The translations under genes and the position numbers were made by a program. The notes below the pieces were generated by a model that did no database searches, was not told the origin of the DNA, and was given only the letters and a program-made list of their open reading frames with translations. Below are positions 17,694 to 26,438 of a stretch of 64,000 bases of DNA, piece after piece. The DNA is from Gemmatimonadales bacterium (GTDB lineage: Bacteria; Gemmatimonadota; Gemmatimonadetes; Gemmatimonadales; GWC2-71-9), in the NCBI GenBank assembly GCA_035760645.1, contig DASTSO010000119.1, positions 47,033-111,032 on the forward strand, given 5' to 3'. Every line of letters begins with the position of its first letter. Within the stretch, counting starts at the first letter, position 1.

Positions 17694-18932
17694 ATGGAAA
17701 ACGTCACCCACTCGCTCGCCGGCCTGCTGCTGGCCGAGGCGGCGGTGCGGCTCCGCGCCCGCACGACGGGCACGGAGCCCTCGGCGCGCTTCCGCACCGT
17801 CGCGGCCGTCTCCTCGCTCGTCGCCGCCAACCTGCCCGACGCCGACCTCTTCTACACCGGGGTCGGCGGCGACCGGCTCGCCTACATGCTCCACCACCGC
17901 GGCTACACGCACACGGTGGTCGTCGCCCTGGCCGGCGCGCTACTCGCCTGGGGCGCGGCCTGGCTCGTCTGGCGCCGGCGCGCGCACGCGCCCCCGCCGC
18001 GCGCCGACGCGCGCTGGCTCCTCGGGCTCCTGCTCGTCAGCACGCTCGGCCACCTCGTGCTCGATTGGACCAACAGCTACGGCGTGCACCCGTTCTGGCC
18101 GGTGGACGACCGGTGGCGCTACGGCGACGCGGTGTTCATCGTCGAGCCGTGGTTCTGGGTCGTGGCGGTGCCGCCGCTCGTCGCCGCGAGCCCGCGCCGC
18201 CTCTCGCGCGCGCTGCTCTCGCTCCTGCTCGCGATCGGGCTCGTGCTGGCGTGGCGCGTGAGCCACGTGACGACCGGCGCGGCCGTGGCGCTCACCGCCG
18301 GCGCCCTCCTCTCGATCGGGCTCGCGCGGGCGCTGCGGCCGGGCCCGCGCGCGGCGGTGGCGGTCGGCGGGTGGATCGCGGTCACGCTCGCGCTGGCGAC
18401 GGGCGCCCGGGCCGCGCGCGCCGCGGTGACGCGCGAGGTCCGCGCGGCCGCGCCCGCGGCCGACCTGCTCGACGTCGTCGTGACGCCGCTGCCGTCGAAC
18501 GCCGTGTGCGCGCGGGTGATCGCGGTAGAGCGCGAGCGGGAGACGTACCGCGTCGTCACCGGCCGGGCGAGCGCCGTGCCGCGGCTCGCGCCGGCGGCGC
18601 GCTGCGGCGACGCGGACGACGCGGGACCGCGCTTCGGCACGCCCACCCGGCCCTCGTCGCCGGCGGTGCAGTGGGATGCGGAGTGGACCGCGCCCGCCGC
18701 CGAGCTCGCGACGCTGGCGCGCGCGAGCTGCCCGGCGCTCGCCGCCCTGCGCTTCATCCGCGTCCCGGCGTGGCGCGCGCTCCCCGACTCGACCGTCCTC
18801 CTGGGCGACGTGCGCTACGGCGACCTCTCCGGCCGCGGCTTCACCGACGTGACCGTGCCGCGCCGCTCGGCCGCGTGCCCCGCGGCGGTGCCGCCCTGGG
18901 TGCCGCCGCGGGCGGAGCTGCTCGGGGAGTGA
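17694..18932 (+). CDS. Membrane-bound metal-dependent hydrolase (YdjM/DUF457 family) with a long Ala/Arg-rich C-terminal extension
   Basis: MENVTHSLAGLLLAEAA...MLHHRGYTHT is the N-terminus characteristic of the family. Multiple TM segments. Confidence 0.7.
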   Translation: MENVTHSLAGLLLAEAAVRLRARTTGTEPSARFRTVAAVSSLVAANLPDADLFYTGVGGDRLAYMLHHRGYTHTVVVALAGALLAWGAAWLVWRRRAHAPPPRADARWLLGLLLVSTLGHLVLDWTNSYGVHPFWPVDDRWRYGDAVFIVEPWFWVVAVPPLVAASPRRLSRALLSLLLAIGLVLAWRVSHVTTGAAVALTAGALLSIGLARALRPGPRAAVAVGGWIAVTLALATGARAARAAVTREVRAAAPAADLLDVVVTPLPSNAVCARVIAVERERETYRVVTGRASAVPRLAPAARCGDADDAGPRFGTPTRPSSPAVQWDAEWTAPAAELATLARASCPALAALRFIRVPAWRALPDSTVLLGDVRYGDLSGRGFTDVTVPRRSAACPAAVPPWVPPRAELLGE

Positions 18933-18978
18933 GCGGGGCGCGAGGGCCGGCCCCGGCCCGGATCGGCCCCTGCTCGGC

Positions 18979-19180
18979 CGGCCCCTGAAGGGGCCACTCG
19001 GCCTGCGAGCCCTGAAGGGCTCTCCGAGGCAGCGGTGCTCCGTGCGCTCTCCGGCGCCCGAGTTCTCGCAGCGGAGCCCTGCGCCCGCACAGGGCCCTTC
19101 AGGGGCCTCCGGCCGAGGGGCCCCTTCAGGGGCCGACTCGCAGGGGCCGACTCGCAGGGGCCGACTCGCAGGGGCCGGCC
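18979..19180. repeat. Copy A of an approximately 200-bp multi-hairpin palindromic intergenic repeat, with 3x tandem GGCCGACTCGCAGG
   Basis: Left arm GGCCCCTGAAGGGGCC-ACTCGGCCTGCGAGCCCTGAAGGGCTCTCCGAGG. The right arm is its reverse complement, ...GAGCCCTTCAGGGGCCTC...GGCCCCTTCAGGGGCC. It lies between convergent gene ends (18932 and 19220). Confidence 0.65.
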
Positions 19181-19219
19181 CGCAGCCGCCGCCTCGCGAA
19201 CCACCGCCCCGCGCGTCGC

Positions 19220-19927
19220 TCACTCGAATTCCCCCTCCCGCACCTCCCGAAACCCCGCCCGCGCCTCCGCGACGAACGCCTCCACCTTTTCCCGGCTCTT
19301 CCGCCCGCTCGCGTCCTCGACGCCGGTGTGCACGTCCACGCCCGCGGGCCGCACCGCGCGGATCGCGCGGCGCACGTTGGCGGGCGTGAGGCCGCCGGCG
19401 AGGATCACCGGCCGTGGCGAGAGCTCGACCAGCCGGCGGCTCACCGCCCAGTCGTGCGTCCGGCCCGTGGCGCCGCTCGCGCCGGTGTCGGGCGCGAAGG
19501 TGTCGGTAATGAACCCGTCCACCAGCGGCGCGAGCTCGCGCACCATCCGCTCGAACGCGGGGACGGGATGCAGGCCCACGACGAGACTCTTGATGATGGT
19601 CAGCGAGGGATCGAGCGCGCGGAGCCGCCGCAGCTCTTCCGCGGCGATGTCGCCGTGGAGCTGGACGACGCGCGCGCCGAGCGCGTCGCAGAACCCGGCG
19701 ATGGCGCGCGCCTCGTCGAGGTAGGTGATCAGGACGGCCTGCGCCGGCGGCCGCAGCCCTCGGATGATCGCCGCCGCGTCCGCCTCCGAGAGATCCGGCC
19801 GGTGCACCGGCAGCCGCAGCGGGAAGCCGAGCCACTCGACGCCGCACGCCTGGAGCAGCGCCGCCTCGGCCGCGTCGGCGATGCCGGCGACCTGGATCAG
19901 CTCGGGCGCGAGCGGGATCGCGGGCAC
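19220..19927 (-). CDS. trpF: Phosphoribosylanthranilate isomerase
   Basis: (beta/alpha)8 PRAI signatures: VQLHGD, GGLTPANV and the phosphate-binding region DTGASGATGRTHDW. Confidence 0.85.
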   Translation of the reverse strand: MPAIPLAPELIQVAGIADAAEAALLQACGVEWLGFPLRLPVHRPDLSEADAAAIIRGLRPPAQAVLITYLDEARAIAGFCDALGARVVQLHGDIAAEELRRLRALDPSLTIIKSLVVGLHPVPAFERMVRELAPLVDGFITDTFAPDTGASGATGRTHDWAVSRRLVELSPRPVILAGGLTPANVRRAIRAVRPAGVDVHTGVEDASGRKSREKVEAFVAEARAGFREVREGEFE

Positions 19928-19936
19928 GGCGGAGCG

Positions 19937-20374
19937 TCAGCGCGCCGGAGCGAGCAGCGCCCGCACGCGCAGGTCGCGCAGGTACAGCCCGCCCCAGAGG
20001 AACGCGGCGACGTAGATCGGGAAGAGGAGGTGCGTGAAGAGCGGATTGTCGAGCCGCAGGTGCGTCGCGATCGCGCCGCCCAGGTAGCCGGTCCAGAGCA
20101 CCGCGCCGAGGGGCGCCGTCCGCGGCACGAGGTAGAGGAGCAGGCACACGACCTCGATGACGCCGAGGATCGGCACGTGATGCGCCGCGAAGCCGAGCTC
20201 CGCGCTGCCGGCGATCACCGCCGCCGGGCGGGCCAGCTTGCCCAGCGTGTCCACGGCGAGGAAGAGCACGGCGATGCCGCTGAGCACGCGCCCGGCAAGG
20301 CGGGCGCGCCGGGAGACGCCGGGGACGGTCGCGGGATCGAGGGACGGCGCGGACGGCGTGAGCACTGCGGACAC
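19937..20374 (-). CDS. DoxX family membrane protein
   Basis: DoxX-like TM pattern: GIAVLFLAVDTLGKL...PILGVIEVVCLLLYL. Confidence 0.75.
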   Translation of the reverse strand: MSAVLTPSAPSLDPATVPGVSRRARLAGRVLSGIAVLFLAVDTLGKLARPAAVIAGSAELGFAAHHVPILGVIEVVCLLLYLVPRTAPLGAVLWTGYLGGAIATHLRLDNPLFTHLLFPIYVAAFLWGGLYLRDLRVRALLAPAR

Positions 20375-20585
20375 GGTGACCTCCCGGTTGATGGTAAGGT
20401 GTGGCGGATCTTGCGCGCTGGCGCCCGATCTCTCATCGTGGGGCTCCGGACGACCCGGAGGTTCCGCTTTCCTCGGCTCTCACGAGCTCTCAGTCTTCGT
20501 CGATCACGTCATCGACGTGCCGCGCGGCCCTCGGCCACCGACACGCCTCGGGCGCCCCGCCCGGGTGCCCGGCCTGGAGGCACTC

Positions 20586-21584
20586 ATGCGCGCCCTTCCC
20601 CTGCTGGCCCTCGCGGCCCTCGTCCTCGCTCCCGCCGCGCGCGTCTCGGCGCAGGTCCGGACCGACACCACCGCCGGCCGCGCCGGCGACTCCACCCTCA
20701 CCGTCGCCCCCGCGGCGGAGCGCGCCGCCCGCACGCCGGCCGCGCGACAGGTCCTCGCGTTCGAGCGCGCCCTGGGCACGGCCTACGTCCGGAGGGACAG
20801 CGCCGCGCTCCTGAAGCTGTTCGCGCCCGACTACCGCGAGTTCGCCCCCGACGGCCGGATCCGCGGCCGCGCGGAGGCGGCTGCCGCCGCGGCGACCGAC
20901 ACCATGGGGATCGCCGCGGCCACGCTCGACACGGCGACCATGAGCGTCCAGGGCGACGTCGCCGTCGTGCTGGGTGTCGTGACGCTTCGGGGCGCCGGCG
21001 ACCGGGGCGAGCTCGGCGAGCTGCACTACGCCGATACCTGGGTCCGCCGCGGCGGGCGCTGGCAGCTCGCGGCGTCGCAGGGCGAGCTGCGGCCCGCGGG
21101 TGCGAACGCCATGGGGTACGCGCCCTCCGGCCAGGGTCCGAGCGGCATGGACGTCCAGGCGCTGGCCTCGCGCCTCCAGCAGGCCGAGCGCACCCTGCAC
21201 CAGGCCTTCGTCCAGCGCGACTCGGCCACCATGGCGCGGCTCGAGCCGCACGACGCCGTCATCACGAATCCCGACGGCACGACGATCTCCGGCGCCGAGG
21301 ACGTCCGCAGCACGCTCGCGGGCGAGACCATGATCCAGTCGAGCAGCCAGGATTCGGTGCAGGTGATCCCGCTCGGCGCCGCCGCGGCCGTCGTGATCTC
21401 CCGCGTCCACCTCGCGGGCCACGCCCGGAGCCCGAGCGGCGCGACCCAGAACCTGAACGGCGACTTCCGCTACCAGGACGTCTGGCAGCAGCGCAACGGC
21501 GAGTGGCAGATGGTGGCGCAGCAGATCACCCCGATCGGGTCGAGCACGCCGGCGCAGGGGAGCCAGCCGACGCCCGGGCGCTGA
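20586..21584 (+). CDS. Secreted protein with two tandem SnoaL/DUF4440-like (NTF2-fold) domains
   Basis: ATG at 20586 after GGAGG. Signal peptide MRALPLLALAALVLAPAARVSA. Two repeats of ...YADTWVRRGGRWQLAASQ / YQDVWQQRNGEWQMVAQQ. Confidence 0.65.
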   Translation: MRALPLLALAALVLAPAARVSAQVRTDTTAGRAGDSTLTVAPAAERAARTPAARQVLAFERALGTAYVRRDSAALLKLFAPDYREFAPDGRIRGRAEAAAAAATDTMGIAAATLDTATMSVQGDVAVVLGVVTLRGAGDRGELGELHYADTWVRRGGRWQLAASQGELRPAGANAMGYAPSGQGPSGMDVQALASRLQQAERTLHQAFVQRDSATMARLEPHDAVITNPDGTTISGAEDVRSTLAGETMIQSSSQDSVQVIPLGAAAAVVISRVHLAGHARSPSGATQNLNGDFRYQDVWQQRNGEWQMVAQQITPIGSSTPAQGSQPTPGR

Positions 21585-21600
21585 GGCGCGCGGCGCCGCG

Positions 21601-22509
21601 CTACTGCGCGAACATGCTCTTCGGCGTCTCGCCCCTGAGGAACGGCTCCATGACGGCGTGGAGCAGCGCGGGCTGGGTGATGACGGCCGTGTGCGACGTC
21701 GCCGGCAGCACGGCGAGGCGCGAGGCCGGCAGCGGCCTGCCCATGTCGCCCATGGCGCCGCCGCCCAGCAGCCGGAAGAGCGCGACCGAGTGCTCGAGCG
21801 TGGCGACGTCGGCGTCGCCGGTGATGATCAGGACCGGGGTCGTCAGCTTTCTCACGTCCGCCTCCCAGGCCATCGGCTCCTTCTCGAGCGCGATCAGCTT
21901 CGACACGAGGGCGGGGAAGCCGTCGGGATTCGGCGCGAGCTTGCGGTACTCCGCGGCGAAGGGCATGCCGAGCATCATCTCGACCGTGAGCTGCGGGATC
22001 ATCGCCTTGAACTCGGGCTGCCACCCCTCGGCGTCGTAGACGACGGAGGCGGCGACGAGCTTGCGCACCTTCTCGGGGTGGCGGATGGCGAGCTGGAGCC
22101 CCGCGGCGGCGCCCATCGAGTAGCCGAAGACGTCCGCCCGCGCGAGCCCCACGGCGTCCATGAAGGCGGCGACGTCGTCGGCGAGGCTGGGATAGGTGAT
22201 CGGCCGGTCGAGGTCGGTGGTCCGGCCGTGGCCCTGCAGCTCGAGGGCGTAGACCCGGTGCGTCTTCGCGAGCGTCGGGATGATGGCGCCCATCGACGGG
22301 ATGTTCATGTAGGCGCCGTGCAGCACGACGAGCGGCTCGCCGCGGCCCGAGACCTCGTAGTACATCCGCATCCCGTTGACTTCGACGCGCTTGCCGACCG
22401 GCGCGGCCGGGGCCTGTGCGGTCTGGGCCGGCGCGGGGCGGGGGGCGAGCAGGCCGGCCGCCGCGAGCGCGGCTAGGGCGAGCGGCTTCACCAACGTCGG
22501 TCGGGGCAT
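21601..22509 (-). CDS. Secreted alpha/beta hydrolase
   Basis: Signal peptide, HG motif (VLHGAY), nucleophile elbow GYSMGA. Confidence 0.8.
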   Translation of the reverse strand: MPRPTLVKPLALAALAAAGLLAPRPAPAQTAQAPAAPVGKRVEVNGMRMYYEVSGRGEPLVVLHGAYMNIPSMGAIIPTLAKTHRVYALELQGHGRTTDLDRPITYPSLADDVAAFMDAVGLARADVFGYSMGAAAGLQLAIRHPEKVRKLVAASVVYDAEGWQPEFKAMIPQLTVEMMLGMPFAAEYRKLAPNPDGFPALVSKLIALEKEPMAWEADVRKLTTPVLIITGDADVATLEHSVALFRLLGGGAMGDMGRPLPASRLAVLPATSHTAVITQPALLHAVMEPFLRGETPKSMFAQ

Positions 22510-22609
22510 CGCTGGTCTCCTCGGGGTGGGTGTCGCGGGCGCGTACCGCGCCTCCTTCCATTCCTACGTCGAACGGCGGACGGCGAAATCGACACGCGCG
22601 GTTCGCGGC

Positions 22610-23443
22610 TCACCTTCCCCGGCAGGATCCCTCCCCGCCTGCCGCCGCGCCGAGCCACGCCGCGGCGAACGTCCGCAGCTCGCCGGCGTTGAGGTCGGAG
22701 ACGGCCCAGACGCGCATCCCCGCGACCTCGCCGCGGACCAGGTTGAAGCCCTGCTCGATGCGGGGCGCCTCCTGCCGGCACGTGCCCGCGGCCGTTCCGC
22801 CGGCGGGCCAGACGAAGACGTTGATCCGGTGCGGTCCCCGCTGGTAGACGAGCCCGGCGGCGGCCCGGCCGTTCAGGTATTCGGTGCGCGCGCCGAGCAG
22901 CGGGAAGCCCTGCGCCGCGAGGTCGGGCACCGGCGGCGAGAAGTCGAGCTTCCCGGCGAACCACGGCTTGACGACGTGATGCTCCGACGAGGCGACGTCC
23001 ACCAGATGGTCGACCTGCAGCGAGCGCACGTGCGCCGCGACGACCTGATCGATCACGCCCGCCGCCCCGCCGTCCCGCGCGCCGGTGAGGCGGCCGAGGC
23101 CGAAGCCCACGCCGAGGACCAGCAGCGCCGCGAGCGCCGCGGGCCACCCCGCGAGCCAGCCGCGCCGCGCGGGGGGCGGCCCGGCCGCGATGCGGGGCGG
23201 TTCCGCCGGGGCCGCGGTGCGCACCGCGGTGCGCACCGCGGCGCGGAGTGCGGCCGAGGGCTCGGCGGTCGGCAGCTGCTGGCGGAGGGTGGCGCCGAGG
23301 GTGCGGATGCGGCGGACCTCCGCGGTGCACTCGGCGCAGTCGTGCAGGTGACGGTCCCACCAGGCGCGCTCGGCGCCGGCCAGCTCGCCGTCCGCGTAGG
23401 CGCCCAGCATGGGCGTCGTCGCATGCTCGCAGCGTGGGGTCAT
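22610..23443 (-). CDS. Anti-sigma factor (zinc-finger ZAS-type N-terminus, one TM, periplasmic domain)
   Basis: HLHDCAECTAEV matches an HxxxCxxC ZAS motif. TM AALAALLVLGVGFGL. The ATG overlaps the sigma-factor stop (ATGA). Confidence 0.7.
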   Translation of the reverse strand: MTPRCEHATTPMLGAYADGELAGAERAWWDRHLHDCAECTAEVRRIRTLGATLRQQLPTAEPSAALRAAVRTAVRTAAPAEPPRIAAGPPPARRGWLAGWPAALAALLVLGVGFGLGRLTGARDGGAAGVIDQVVAAHVRSLQVDHLVDVASSEHHVVKPWFAGKLDFSPPVPDLAAQGFPLLGARTEYLNGRAAAGLVYQRGPHRINVFVWPAGGTAAGTCRQEAPRIEQGFNLVRGEVAGMRVWAVSDLNAGELRTFAAAWLGAAAGGEGSCRGR

Positions 23444-24003
23444 CCTTCCATCTCCTGGGCCTCGAGCGCCCGCTGGAGCCGCCCCCGCGCGCGGGCGAGC
23501 CGCGACATCACGGTGCCGACCGGCACGCCCGTCACCTCGGCGATCTCGGCGTAGCTCAGCTCGTGCAGCTCGTGCAGCACGATCACCTCGCGGAAGGGAA
23601 GCGGGAGCGCATCCACCGCGCGCAGGAGCCGCTCGCGGAGGTCGAGCCGCAGGAACGCGGTCTCGGGGTCGTCGGCGGCGGCCGGCACCTCCTCGAGCGT
23701 GGCGCCCGCGGCGCCGGCCGGCGCGAACCGCCGCTCGCGCTCGCTCCACGCCCAGCAGACCCGCCGCACGATCGTCAGGATCCACGCCTTCGCGTTCTCG
23801 CCGCGGAAGCCGTCGAAGTGGCGGATGGCCTGGAGATACGCCTCCTGGACCGCGTCCTCCGCGTCCGCCCCGTCGTGCAACAGGTACCGCGCCAACGTCA
23901 GCGCGGCGGCGAGGTGCGGCACGATCAGTCGCTCGAACGCGCCGCCGGTCTCCTGATCCACGTCCTGCCTCCTGCTCGATCGCGCTGCATCCCGTCCCTG
24001 CAA
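23440..24003 (-). CDS. ECF (extracytoplasmic function) sigma-70 family factor
   Basis: Region 2: DAEDAVQEAYLQAIRHFDGF. Region 4: LSYAEIAEVTGVPVGTVMSRLARAR. Confidence 0.85.
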   Translation of the reverse strand: MQGRDAARSSRRQDVDQETGGAFERLIVPHLAAALTLARYLLHDGADAEDAVQEAYLQAIRHFDGFRGENAKAWILTIVRRVCWAWSERERRFAPAGAAGATLEEVPAAADDPETAFLRLDLRERLLRAVDALPLPFREVIVLHELHELSYAEIAEVTGVPVGTVMSRLARARGRLQRALEAQEMEG

Positions 24004-24148
24004 GCTACCCCCTCACGCCTGGGGAGGGATCGGCCCGGCGAAATATTCCCGGGCCGCGGCGGCGGCCGGTCGGGAATACCCGGGCGCCGCCGCTCCTCTG
24101 CTTCCCCGACTCGCCGCGCCATCGGCGGCGGAACGGGGGAGGTACCTG

Positions 24149-24472
24149 ATGAACTCGATCTGCTTTCTCGACGGGGCCCGCTTCACGGATGTGCCGGGCC
24201 TCCTGCGCACCCTCCACCGCGCGATCGCGGAGATGCCGGGCGCCGCGCGCCACGCCCAGGGGCTGCACGACCTGCTGCTCGGCCGCGCGGCCCCCGGCCC
24301 GGCGGACGATCCCGCGCTCCCGGCCCGGCTCCACGTCGTCTGGCTGAACTCCGAGCTCTCGCGCCGGCGACTCGGCGCGCAGGCGCTGGTGCCGGGCGGC
24401 GGCGGGAACGCCTTCGACGCCGCGCTCCGCTGGCTCGCGGCGTCGCGCAGCGTGGACCTCATTCTCCTGTGA
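24149..24472 (+). CDS. Barstar-like (ribonuclease-inhibitor fold) protein, orphan
   Basis: LDGARFTDVPGLLRTLHRAIAEMPGAARHAQGLHDLLLG and RLHVVWLNSE align with the barstar core motifs LHxxL, NLDALWDCL and LVLEW. No barnase-like gene is adjacent. Confidence 0.45.
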   Translation: MNSICFLDGARFTDVPGLLRTLHRAIAEMPGAARHAQGLHDLLLGRAAPGPADDPALPARLHVVWLNSELSRRRLGAQALVPGGGGNAFDAALRWLAASRSVDLILL

Positions 24473-24493
24473 CCCGAGCGGAGGGCAACGATC

Positions 24494-25786
24494 ATGACGG
24501 ACGCGATCCTGCACGACCACGGCGGCGACGGCATCGATCGCCGCGGCTTTCTCAAGTGCATGGCCTGGGCGGGCACCGGCGCGCTCTGGGCGGTCCACGG
24601 CGGCGTGCTCCGCTCCGTGGCGCTGGGCAACGCGGGTGTGCCGGCCGAGCTGCTGACAGGCGAGCTGGTGTTCGCCCAGATCAGCGACAGCCACATCGGC
24701 TTCGCCAAGGCGGCGAACCCCGACGTCACCGCCACGCTGCAGGAGGCGGTGGATCGGCTCAACCGCTCGGCCCGGCCCGCCTTCGTGCTCCACACCGGCG
24801 ACATCACGCAGCTCTCGAAGCCGGCCGAGTTCGACACGGCCGACGAGGTGATCCGGGGGATCCGGACCGACCGCGTCTTCCACGTCCCCGGCGAGCACGA
24901 CGTGCTGGGCGACGAGGGGAAGGCGTACCTCGCGCGCTACGGACGACGGACGCAGGGCAACGGCTGGTACAGCTTCGACCACGCCGGCGTGCACTTCGTC
25001 GGGCTGGTCAACGTGCTGAACCTCAAGGCGGGCGGGCTCGGCAACCTGGGCGCGGAGCAGCTCGCCTGGCTCCGACGCGACCTCGCGGGGCGCTCGGCGA
25101 GCACGCCGATCGTGCTCTTCGCGCACGTGCCGCTCTGGAGCGTGTATCCCGACTGGGGCTGGGGAACGGACGACAGCGAGCAGGCGCTCGCGCTGGTGCG
25201 GCGCTTCGGCTCGGTGACCGTGCTGAACGGGCACATCCACCAGGTGATGCAGAAGGTGGAGGGGAACGTCCACTTCCACACCGCGATGTCCACCGCCTTT
25301 CCGCAGCCCGCGCCGGGCACGGCGCCGTCGCCGGGGCCGCTCACCGTGGCGCCGGGGCGGCTGCGCAGCCTGCTGGGGCTGAGTCACGTCACCTATCACC
25401 AGGGTCACCACTCGCTGGCGATCGTGGACCACGCGCTCGCCACGGCCGCGCCCGGCGCCGCGGCCGGCGGCACCGTCGCGACCAGCGCGTCGAGCGCCTC
25501 GGGCGCGCACGCCGCCACGCCGGCGGTCGTGGGGGACGCGAAGGTCGTGCGGATCGACAACTTCAGCTTCACCCCGCCCGAGCTGCGCCTGCGCGCGGGC
25601 GAGAAGGTGCTCTGGGTGAACGGCGACGACGTGCCGCACGTGATCGCGAGCGCCGACGGGCGCTTCCCGTCGTCGCAGCCGCTCGACACCGACGAGCACT
25701 ACACGCTCACGCTCGCGCGGCCGGGGACGTATCCCTACTACTGCTCGATCCACCCGAAGATGACGGGGCGGATCGTGGTGCAGTGA
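24494..25786 (+). CDS. Tat-secreted calcineurin-like metallophosphoesterase fused to a C-terminal cupredoxin (type-1 copper) domain
   Basis: Tat motif DRRGFLKCMAW. The metal ligands of the metallophosphoesterase domain are DSHIG, GDITQ, GEHD and NGHIH. The C-terminal cupredoxin domain shows ...PHVIASADGRF...YYCSIHPKMTGRIVV, giving the His/Cys/His/Met type-1 copper ligands. Confidence 0.75.
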   Translation: MTDAILHDHGGDGIDRRGFLKCMAWAGTGALWAVHGGVLRSVALGNAGVPAELLTGELVFAQISDSHIGFAKAANPDVTATLQEAVDRLNRSARPAFVLHTGDITQLSKPAEFDTADEVIRGIRTDRVFHVPGEHDVLGDEGKAYLARYGRRTQGNGWYSFDHAGVHFVGLVNVLNLKAGGLGNLGAEQLAWLRRDLAGRSASTPIVLFAHVPLWSVYPDWGWGTDDSEQALALVRRFGSVTVLNGHIHQVMQKVEGNVHFHTAMSTAFPQPAPGTAPSPGPLTVAPGRLRSLLGLSHVTYHQGHHSLAIVDHALATAAPGAAAGGTVATSASSASGAHAATPAVVGDAKVVRIDNFSFTPPELRLRAGEKVLWVNGDDVPHVIASADGRFPSSQPLDTDEHYTLTLARPGTYPYYCSIHPKMTGRIVVQ

Positions 25787-25848
25787 GCGGGCGGCGGCCA
25801 TATTACGGCGCTCATCGACGATTCCCATTCTGCAACGAGGACCCGCGA

Positions 25849-26388
25849 GTGCCCGACGACCCCGTGCTCGAGACCGCCCGCCTCCTCCTCCGTCCCACTC
25901 GGCTGGAGGACTTCGACCGCTGGGCCGACATGATGGCCGACGAGCGCGCCGCCCGCTTCCTCGGCGGCGTGCAGCAGAAGGCGGCCGCGTGGCGCGCCTT
26001 CCTCACGATGGCCGGCGCGTGGTCGCTCACCGGGGTGGCGATGTTCTCGGTGATCGAGAAGGGGAGCGGCCGGTGGGTGGGCCGCATCGGGCCGTGGCAG
26101 CCGTACGGCTGGCCGGGCACCGAAGTCGGCTGGGGCCTGCATCCCGACGCCTGGGGCCGCGGCTACGCCGTCGAGGCCGCGACCGCGACGATCGACTACG
26201 CCTTCGCGACCTTCGGCTGGACGGAGGTCATCCACACCATCGACCCGGCGAACGTCCCGTCGCAGCGCGTCGCCGAGCGGCTCGGCTCGACGGTGCGCGG
26301 ACAGACCCGGCTGCCCGCGCCGTACGAGCACGTCACGGTGGACGTCTGGGGCCAGTCGCGCGCCGAATGGGAGGCGCGGCGCGGCTAG
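25849..26388 (+). CDS. GNAT family N-acetyltransferase
   Basis: GTG at 25849 after GAGGA. LETARLLLRP...GWGLHPDAWGRGYAVEAA. Confidence 0.75.
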   Translation: MPDDPVLETARLLLRPTRLEDFDRWADMMADERAARFLGGVQQKAAAWRAFLTMAGAWSLTGVAMFSVIEKGSGRWVGRIGPWQPYGWPGTEVGWGLHPDAWGRGYAVEAATATIDYAFATFGWTEVIHTIDPANVPSQRVAERLGSTVRGQTRLPAPYEHVTVDVWGQSRAEWEARRG

Positions 26389-26438
26389 ACCGCGCCGGGC
26401 CTCATCCGCCGCACCTCACCCGCCGCACCGCACCCGCC

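Noticed and set aside
17940-20147. 735-aa minus-strand ORF (and 19328-22039 plus, 903 aa)
   Set aside because: Extreme Arg/Ala/Gly/Pro composition. They lie antisense to well-supported genes (YdjM hydrolase, trpF, DoxX, SnoaL protein). Typical high-GC artefacts.
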